Assembly: GCA_965277285.1 (NCBI GenBank)
Contig: OZ255721.1
Location: 1,536,001-1,600,000 of the forward strand
Length of the DNA: 64,000 nucleotides
DNA from: Abditibacteriaceae bacterium
GTDB lineage: Bacteria; Armatimonadota; Abditibacteriia; Abditibacteriales; Abditibacteriaceae
Direction: 5' to 3'
In this document: positions 57,388-64,000 of the stretch, one piece after another
Position numbering within the stretch: position 1 is the stretch's first letter
How the letters are laid out: every line of letters starts with the position of its first letter
Made by a program: the position numbers and the translations under genes
Notes under the pieces: model-generated
What the model was told of the DNA's origin: nothing
What the model saw: the letters and a program-made list of their open reading frames with translations, nothing else
Database searches by the model: none

Positions 57388-58626
57388 TCAGCCGACCGCG
57401 ACTTTTTTACGTTGCGGCGCGAGGCTGACTTTGACTTTGTAATCGTAAGGCGCCTGTTTGCCTAAACCTTTGGCGAGCGAAGCTTTGACGAATTCGGGGT
57501 CAATAGCGGGCGCAAAATCGGCGACTTTGTCGGCTTGCTTGACCTGCACCAGGAACTTGGCGACGCTGTCGCCGCTGGTGTAAAGCGAAGTTTGCTTGTC
57601 CGATTTGCTCATCGCGGCGAGCGCTTCGGGGGCCGAGAAAATGCGCGTTCCCTTCACGAAACCTTGGTAATCGGCGGGCGGCGTGTTGGTGCGCTTGGCG
57701 AGAATTTGCACGGCTGCGTCGGGATTTTTGCGCCACCAGTCAATCGCGTCATACCACGCGTCGACGATTTTCTGCACATCGGCGGGACGCGATTTCACGA
57801 TGTCGCTTTTCATCACCAGCAAATCGGGAATCAGGCCGGGAATGTTCGAGGAATCAAAAATCGAAGTCGAGCCTTTCATGTCCTTCAAAATCTTGGTGCG
57901 CGAAGGCTCCCACACAACTGCGGCATCGACGCGCTTGGCCAGCATCGCGGGCGGGCAATCTTGCACCGGCAGGTTGACGTAATCGACATCGTCCTGCGTC
58001 ATGCCGTTGGCTTCAAGCGCTTTCAGCATCAGGAAGTGATCGACGGTTCCCAGTTCGGTGGCGACTTTCTTACCTTTGAGTTGCTTGACCGAAGTGATGC
58101 CAGGCGCCGCGATCATGGCGTCGTTTCCGGCAGAATTGTCGTTGACCAGAACCGCTGTCAAGGGCAAGCCTTGCGCGAGCGGCCCCATCGTGTCGCCCCA
58201 CGTCTGGCAATTGGCGTCGACTTGTCCGGCAGTCAGGGCGCTCAGCGAATCGGTGTAAACCGGAAACCATTTCAATTGGACATTGGCGCCGCGTTTTTTG
58301 AAGAAGCCTTGCTGTTCGGCGATGTCCCACGCGACCCAACCCGGCCAATCCGAATAGCCTATCGTAATTGGTGTAGAACTGTCCGAAGTGGAAGTTCCCG
58401 ACGTAGTGGAAGGTGCCGCAGAATTGTCCGTTCCAGTACTCGATTTCGAGCCGCAACCGCTCAACAGCGAGCCGCTCAGAAGCGCAATGGCGGGCAAAAA
58501 AGCGATGCTCGAACGGGAAAAACGACGCGAGGCAGAAAGTGATGAAGTGTGTGTGGCGAGAGACGGAGTGGCGGAGGACGGTGATGCGACGCGAGGCGGC
58601 GAAGTCGAGAAACGAATCATGGGCAC
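57388..58626 (-). CDS. ABC transporter substrate-binding lipoprotein (urea/guanidine carboxylase-associated)
   Basis: Lipobox LLSGC; IGYSDWPGW, DNSAGNDA, WEP, PGLIPD; AAGGAG RBS. Confidence 0.92.
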   Translation of the reverse strand: MPMIRFSTSPPRVASPSSATPSLATHTSSLSASRRFSRSSIAFLPAIALLSGSLLSGCGSKSSTGTDNSAAPSTTSGTSTSDSSTPITIGYSDWPGWVAWDIAEQQGFFKKRGANVQLKWFPVYTDSLSALTAGQVDANCQTWGDTMGPLAQGLPLTAVLVNDNSAGNDAMIAAPGITSVKQLKGKKVATELGTVDHFLMLKALEANGMTQDDVDYVNLPVQDCPPAMLAKRVDAAVVWEPSRTKILKDMKGSTSIFDSSNIPGLIPDLLVMKSDIVKSRPADVQKIVDAWYDAIDWWRKNPDAAVQILAKRTNTPPADYQGFVKGTRIFSAPEALAAMSKSDKQTSLYTSGDSVAKFLVQVKQADKVADFAPAIDPEFVKASLAKGLGKQAPYDYKVKVSLAPQRKKVAVG

Positions 58627-59196
58627 TGGCTCCTTGAATAAACCCTTGAGGAATAAACCCGTAAGGTAAAAGGAAAGCCGTGCGCAGGATGAGACCAGTC
58701 GTGGAGATGTGATCGCAGACCGCGCACCTTTCCAAAAGCATTACGGCTTTGAGGTTGCGGGCCAGGATGCAGCGTCGTGGGCCAAGCCAATTGAGTACTC
58801 GAAAGCACTGCCAATTGTCTTGTCTTCCGTTCGGTCCTTAGCCAGAAAATGCCGCCGGACGGAACGTCTTCCTTCCAGAGCGGCTTTCATTGTCGCCTGC
58901 AGAAGTTTCTTGCGTGTTACAATGTCGTAAAAGTTGAACTCTTCTCAAGTAGTGTCAGTTCGCGCATCGCCAGCGTACTCGTGTTACATTGCGCAAACCT
59001 CGAAAAACCGATCCAACTCTCCAATTGACGAATGCCCTCAGGAAGCGCGCATGGGAAAACCATAAACCGAGAACCAGTCTATATAATATGGCGCGCCTCG
59101 CTGCCTGTAGCGAGGACGGCGGTTTCCTTAAGTGGCGCTCACATCTGGCACCATGTTATGAGCCACGCTCCATTAAATCAGGCGAGCGAGCAAGTA

Positions 59197-59288
59197 TAAT
59201 TAACCCAAGTTGCTACCATGCCCGGCGGGAGCCGCCCAGCCGCGAGTTCACTCGCAGGCACTGATTAGGTGGCAACTTGGGTTAATTA
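59197..59288. mobile_element. Putative MITE with about 21-bp terminal inverted repeats
   Basis: TAATTAACCCAAGTTGCTACC ... GGTGGCAACTTGGGTTAATTA around a 50-bp GC-rich core; no ORF. Confidence 0.55.
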
Positions 59289-59429
59289 GGCTCACAATAT
59301 CACTTTCGAGTACTCGATTGTCGTTAAATCGTTCTGCGAAATCTTCGCCGTGCCGCAACACACCAGCATTAGCGCAACACAATTTCGCCGCTTTGCCACA
59401 TCGCTCCGTCACATCAAGGATTTGCAATT

Positions 59430-62086
59430 ATGGTTCATTCTCTGTTGGCTGTTCTGGCGCTTTCTTCGCTGACTTCGCCCACACGCTATGTCGACCCGAT
59501 GATTGGTACGGGTGGCACGGGACACACTTTTCCCGGTGTGGTGCTGCCTCACGGCATGGTGCAACTCAGCCCCGATACCGGAATCGACGGCTGGGAGCAT
59601 TCTTCCGGCTATTACTATAGCGACCGCTCGATCATGGGTTTTAGTCACCTTCATTTATCGGGTACCGGAGTGACCGATCAAGGCGACATTCTGGTAATGC
59701 CGACAGTCGGCGGACAAAAGTTGGTGCCAGGCGACTTGAGCAAGCCGGGAAGCGGCTATCGTTCGCGCTTCAGTCATAGCCGCGAAGTGGCGCGCGCCGG
59801 TTACTACTCGGTTTTCCTGCAAGACCCCGGCGTTCAGGCCGAACTGACGGCCACGTCGCGCGTTGGCATTCATCGTTACACCTTTCCGCGCACCGACAAA
59901 GCCAACCTGACCTTCGACATCACGCACTACTTGGGTGGTCAAACGGTGACTTTAGCCTCCGCGCGCTGGATCAGCTCGACCGAACTGCAAGGTTCTGTCT
60001 TCACCGATGGCTGGGCGCACGATCAACACACGTATTTCGTGGCGCGCTTTTCACAGCCTGCCACTCGCTATGGCGTTGCAGTGAATAATGCAATGGAAGC
60101 CGGAAAAACGCAGGCCGAAGGCAAGTTCCAGAACCTGGATGCTTACGCCACGTTCGACGCGCGCCAAAATCCGGTTGTCCTGGTCAAAGTCGCCTTGTCC
60201 AATGTCAGCACCGAGGGCGCGCGGCTCAATCTGAACGCGGAAGCGACACACTGGGATTTTGAGCGTTATGTGCGCGAAGCCAATGCAGCGTGGCGAAAAC
60301 GTTATCTGCGGCGACGGTCAACGGCGGGACGGACGTGCAAAAGCGCATTTATTACACGGCGTGGTATCATGCTTCGATTCATCCCAGCCTTTATCAAGAT
60401 GTCGATGGCCGCTATCTGGGCATGGATCGCAAAATTCATCAGTCGGCCAAAGGCGCCGAGTATTATCACATTTATTCGCTGTGGGACACCTATCGCGCCG
60501 AGCATCCCTTGTTTCAATTGACGCAGCCTTCGCTGAACTCGCAGTTTGTGAACTCATTGCTGGAGCGTTACAAGATTCGCGGCGAGTTGCCAGTCTGGGA
60601 ACTCGATTCGAGCGAGACTTATTGCATGATCGGCTCGCCTGCTGTTCCCGTGGTGGCGAACGCGATTGTCAACGGCGCGCCGGGAATTGATCGCGCTCTG
60701 GCGCTCAAAGCGGTCGACGATTCTCTGAAATATGATGCGCGCGGGCAAAAGCTGTTTCTCGATTACGGCTTTGTGCCGTCCAACCGCGAAAACGAATCGG
60801 TTTCCAAAACTTTGGAGTTCTCTTACGCCAATGGCGCCGCTTCGGAAATGGCGCGTTTTCTGGGGAACACAGACGATGCGAACTTGTTGTGGAAACGCTC
60901 ACAAGGCTATCGAATGGTCTTCGATCCCTCACAAGGTTTGGCGTGTCCCAAAACCGACGACGGGAAGTGGGTGCCGAACTACAAGCCGGCGAGTTTGCAA
61001 TACGAGCCGCGTTTTGTCACTGAAGGCAACTCGTGGCAATATAGCTGGCTCGTGATGCACGATTTGCCCGGCTTGATAAGCCTTTATCCCAGCCGACAGG
61101 CGTTCTTGGACAAGTTGACGCAGACGTTCGATCCGGCCAACAAACCCATTGGCAGCATCTCCGATGTGTCCGGCACCATTGGAGAATATGCGCACGGCAA
61201 CGAACCGAGCCATCACGTCGCTTACCTTTTCTCGCTCGCCGGTCGCCCCGATCTGACGCAGAAATATGTGCAGCAAATCTGTCGCAATTTCTACCGCGAC
61301 AAGCCAAGCGGTATCATCGGCAACGACGACGCCGGACAAATGAGCGCATGGTACGTGTTTTCCGCGATGGGTTTTTATCCCGTCGATCCGGCTTCGGGCG
61401 AATATGCGCTGGGCGTTCCGCAGTTTCCCGACATGAGTTTGAAGCTGGAAAACGGTAAAACGATTCACATCGTGGCCAAAGGTTTCGATCCGGCCACGGG
61501 AATTGTACGCCAGATACGCTGGAACAATCGAGTACTCGATAACGCACGCATTCGTCACGCCGACCTGATTCAGGGCGGAACTTTGGAGTTCATCGGCGTG
61601 CCATCGACTGAAAAAGCCAGGCCTGTCACTTTTCCAGTTCGCATTGCGGCGGGCGATGCGGTGAGCGGCTTCACGACTGACCCCAACGTTTCGGACGGAC
61701 AAACCAACAGCAACACAAACCCGATTGACACGAACGTGCCAAACGCCGGGCCAGCGGCTCTTTATCAAAGCGAACAGTATGGCACCGATTTTTCGTACTC
61801 GATTCCCGCGCCTAAAGGCACCTATCGCGTGCGCTTGCACTTCGCCGAAGTCTTTGGTGACGTATCCGGTCAACGACTGGAAAACATTTCCATTAATGGC
61901 CGTCGCGTCCTGACCAACTTCGACATCGTTGCCACTGCCGGCCCGAACAAAGCTCTCGTCCGCGAGTTCACGGGCATTCAGCCGGATGCGCAGGGCAATA
62001 TCGTGATCCGCATTGAAGCCACCGACGACAGCCCCGACCAAAACGCCAAAATCAGCGGCCTCGAGATTTTTCGTGACAGCAAATAA
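59430..62086 (+). pseudogene. GH92 alpha-mannosidase with C-terminal malectin-like domain, frameshifted near 60292
   Basis: VDPMIGTGG.GHTFPG, GFSHLHLSGTG in frame 1; SLWDTYRA, TEGNSWQY, GNEPSHH, GNDDAGQMSAW, LHFAE in frame 2. One extra G at TGG(G)CG joins them. May be a sequencing error. Confidence 0.85.
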
Positions 62087-62134
62087 CATTGCTTCCGCTT
62101 GGCGTTCAGGCTATTTCAAAAGCCCGGCAGGTAA

Positions 62135-62211
62135 AAGTTTGTCACTTTGAGCACAGCGAAGAACCTGACGATAGTAGGTAGATTCCTTGCTGCGCTCAGA
62201 ATGACAAACTT
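62135..62211. repeat. Degenerate family C inverted pair
   Basis: AAGTTTGTCACTTTGAGCACAGCGAAGAACCT ... AGATTCCTTGCTGCGCTCAGAATGACAAACTT. Confidence 0.8.
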
Positions 62212-62242
62212 CAGCGACTCAGGCAAAGTATTTATGACATCG

Positions 62243-62305
62243 CCTGACAAAAAGAGAAACCTTTCAATTACATTCATAAATTGAAAGGTTTCTCTTTTTG
62301 TCAGG
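62243..62305. terminator. Perfect 27-bp stem-loop between convergent GH92 and GH13
   Basis: CCTGACAAAAAGAGAAACCTTTCAATT-N9-AATTGAAAGGTTTCTCTTTTTGTCAGG. Confidence 0.7.
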
Positions 62306-62310
62306 AATTT

Positions 62311-64000
62311 TTAAGCAGCATTCGTGGGCAGCAAAATCACCGAAGATTTGGGCGCCAATTGCAACGTCAGGCGCGTGCCGCTTATAGTGAAACGCTTGCC
62401 GCTCAAAGCATCGACCAATCCACGGGCGCGTGCGGAAGACATCGCGCTGTTTTGTGGCAAGGGAATGTTCAACGTTTGTGCCGTGTCCGAGCGGTTCAAG
62501 GCGACCAAAGCGATGTCGTTGTCCAGCGTGCGCGAATAGGCGACGGTTTTAGCCGCGTCATCGGACAGCAAAATCGTCGGATCGCCGGACTGCAAAGCGC
62601 GGCTGCCATTGCGAATCTTGATCAAGTGGCGATAAAACTGGAGCATCGGGTTGGCAGGCGTCGCCAAATCCCAGCGCATTCCGCGACGGTTGTCCGGGTC
62701 GGCGCCGCCTTGCATTCCAAGTTCTTCGCCATAATAAATCGAGGGCGCGCCGACCCAGGTGAATTGAACCGTCGCCGCCAATTGGTGCAACGCGACATCG
62801 TTTTTGCACAAGGTCAGGAGACGCGGCGTGTCGTGCGTGCTCAGCATATTCATCACGTTGCGCGAGACCTGCGGCACGTAGCTGTTATAAACCTGCATCA
62901 AGTGGTCGGTGAACTGCGACGAAGACGTGTCACCGTTGGCGAAGAAGTGAAGACAGGCGTCACGGAACTGGTAGTTCATGACGGAATCCCATTGATCGCC
63001 GCCCAGCCAGGGTTTGGCATCGCCCCACTCTTCGCCCATGATCCACATTTGAGGATCCAAGCCTTTGACACGAGTACGCATTTTGCGCCAAAAGCGAGGA
63101 TCGACTTCGTTGGCGACATCCAGCCGCACGCCCGCCAGAGGAAGTTGCGCTTTCCAATAATTGACCAAGCCCAACAAGTAATCGCCTGTCGCGGGATTCA
63201 TCACGTTCAACTTGGGCATCGAAGGATAATTGCTCCACGCGACGTAGTTGGGCGGATCCGCCACTTTGACGGGATAACCTTTGATGAAATACCAGTCTTT
63301 GTAAGGCGAGGCCTGTCCTTTTTTGACGACATCCTGGAAAGGCGCGAACGTCGTCGCCGTGTGATTCAAAACGAAGTCCATCACGGTGCGAATGCCGCGC
63401 TTTTGCATGTCTTTAGTCAGCGCGGCAAACTCGGCATTGGTGCCAAACTGTGGGTCGATGCGCTTGTAATCTTGCGTGTCGTAGCGATGGTTGGAAGGCG
63501 ATTGAAAAACGGGATTGAAATAAACCGTCGAAATCCCCAGATCAGACAAATACGGCAAGTGTTGGCGCACGCCCGCTGCGTCGCCACCAAAACGACTAAA
63601 CCCTTGCGGTGCAGCGTTCCACGGCACAACGTCCTTTGGGTCGTTGCTCTTGTCGCCATTGGCGAAACGGTCGGGGAAAATCTGGTAGATAATCGTGCGT
63701 TCTACCCAACTCGGCACCACGAAAGGCTGAAAACTTTGGGCGTCCACCTGGAAAGAACGAGGCTGCGCTGTCATGCCATCCGCTCCAAATTTTTCGATTT
63801 TGCTGCCATCGGCCAATTCAAAATTGTAGGACAAATTCGTCTTTTTGTCCCACGGAACTTGCGCCTTGTAATATGAGTAAAGGTCGTCGCTGTTGCTCAA
63901 CATCATCGGATAGCGATGATTCGCAACGAGCAGCGTGACCTGGCGCACATCGTTGGCGCGCGTGCGCAGCGTGAACGTCAATTTCCCTTGGTCGTAATTC
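62311..64000 (-). CDS. GH13 neopullulanase/cyclomaltodextrinase-like glycosidase (5' end outside window)
   Basis: YQIFPDRFANG, NHRYDTQDY, DFVLNH, GVRLDVANE, MGEEW, LSTHDTPR, IYYGEE, DPDNRR. Confidence 0.93.
   Translation of the reverse strand, partial: NYDQGKLTFTLRTRANDVRQVTLLVANHRYPMMLSNSDDLYSYYKAQVPWDKKTNLSYNFELADGSKIEKFGADGMTAQPRSFQVDAQSFQPFVVPSWVERTIIYQIFPDRFANGDKSNDPKDVVPWNAAPQGFSRFGGDAAGVRQHLPYLSDLGISTVYFNPVFQSPSNHRYDTQDYKRIDPQFGTNAEFAALTKDMQKRGIRTVMDFVLNHTATTFAPFQDVVKKGQASPYKDWYFIKGYPVKVADPPNYVAWSNYPSMPKLNVMNPATGDYLLGLVNYWKAQLPLAGVRLDVANEVDPRFWRKMRTRVKGLDPQMWIMGEEWGDAKPWLGGDQWDSVMNYQFRDACLHFFANGDTSSSQFTDHLMQVYNSYVPQVSRNVMNMLSTHDTPRLLTLCKNDVALHQLAATVQFTWVGAPSIYYGEELGMQGGADPDNRRGMRWDLATPANPMLQFYRHLIKIRNGSRALQSGDPTILLSDDAAKTVAYSRTLDNDIALVALNRSDTAQTLNIPLPQNSAMSSARARGLVDALSGKRFTISGTRLTLQLAPKSSVILLPTNAA

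Larger units (their letters stand above)
820..61540. repeat. Highly iterated palindrome W-TCGAGTACTCGA-W (about 64 dispersed copies of core GAGTACTC)
   Basis: Core starts read by hand: 822, 1748, 3002, 3015, 4381, 4915, 6268, 6755, 7678, 8229, 8748, 9414, 11597, 12161, 13546, 14594, 15701, 16616, 16728, 17936, 19043, 20227, 20728, 21915, 22896, 23252, 25120, 25486, 26125, 26978, 27669, 29025, 30028, 31227, 32724, 33099, 33963, 36025, 36962, 37558, 38199, 39734, 40218, 40352, 41461, 43365, 43868, 44510, 45593, 47015, 48370, 49085, 49673, 51136, 51626, 53572, 54433, 54936, 55087, 56048, 57130, 58793, 59308, 61530. One-mismatch cores near 10282, 22635, 31754, 52113, 52472, 55493, 58431. Confidence 0.97.

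Noticed and set aside
58627..59200. Canonical guanidine-I/II/III riboswitch
   Set aside because: Only fragmentary resemblance by eye; not called without a covariance-model search.
820..61540. Iterated palindrome as a CRISPR array, or as integron attC sites
   Set aside because: Only 12-14 bp, spaced hundreds to thousands of bp apart, half inside essential genes; no cas or integrase gene in the window.
820..61540. Palindrome as a cloning linker or adapter artefact
   Set aside because: Reading frames stay open and protein motifs continuous across the copies, and natural-looking variants exist. A read-level check is still advisable.
62281..63876. Long antisense ORFs (also 4472-5518, 20751-21854, 57535-58542, 60929-62089)
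   Set aside because: Shadow frames opposite well-supported genes in GC-rich DNA; no recognisable motifs.

Overview
Bacterial chromosomal window of moderately high GC. The gene content (DUF1559/H-X9-DG prepilin-like gene beside a LacI regulator) suggests Armatimonadota/Abditibacteriota; this is an inference. It carries housekeeping genes (secG with tRNA-Leu(GAG), rpsT, rnhA, ppa, ndk, aspS, yggS-sepF-proC-yggU), larB-larC, a heat-shock cluster (small Zn-ribbon ORF, dnaK, two hsp20, cbpA/dnaJ, hspR, clpB) with three HAIR-type operators, yjcH-actP, a complete guanidine/urea carboxylase operon (ABC importer, cgdAB, carboxylase, atzF), several secreted glycan-binding proteins, a frameshifted GH92 and a partial GH13. 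The outstanding signal is a 12-14 bp palindrome, W-TCGAGTACTCGA-W. By hand I count 64 copies of its core GAGTACTC plus several near-variants, about one per kb. It sits in most intergenic spacers and inside conserved genes in all three frames (SSTR, RVLD/E, IEYS), like a longer analogue of cyanobacterial HIP1 or a DNA uptake sequence. The intergenic DNA also holds at least six families of REP-like paired inverted repeats, often nested, several of which supply gene stop codons.
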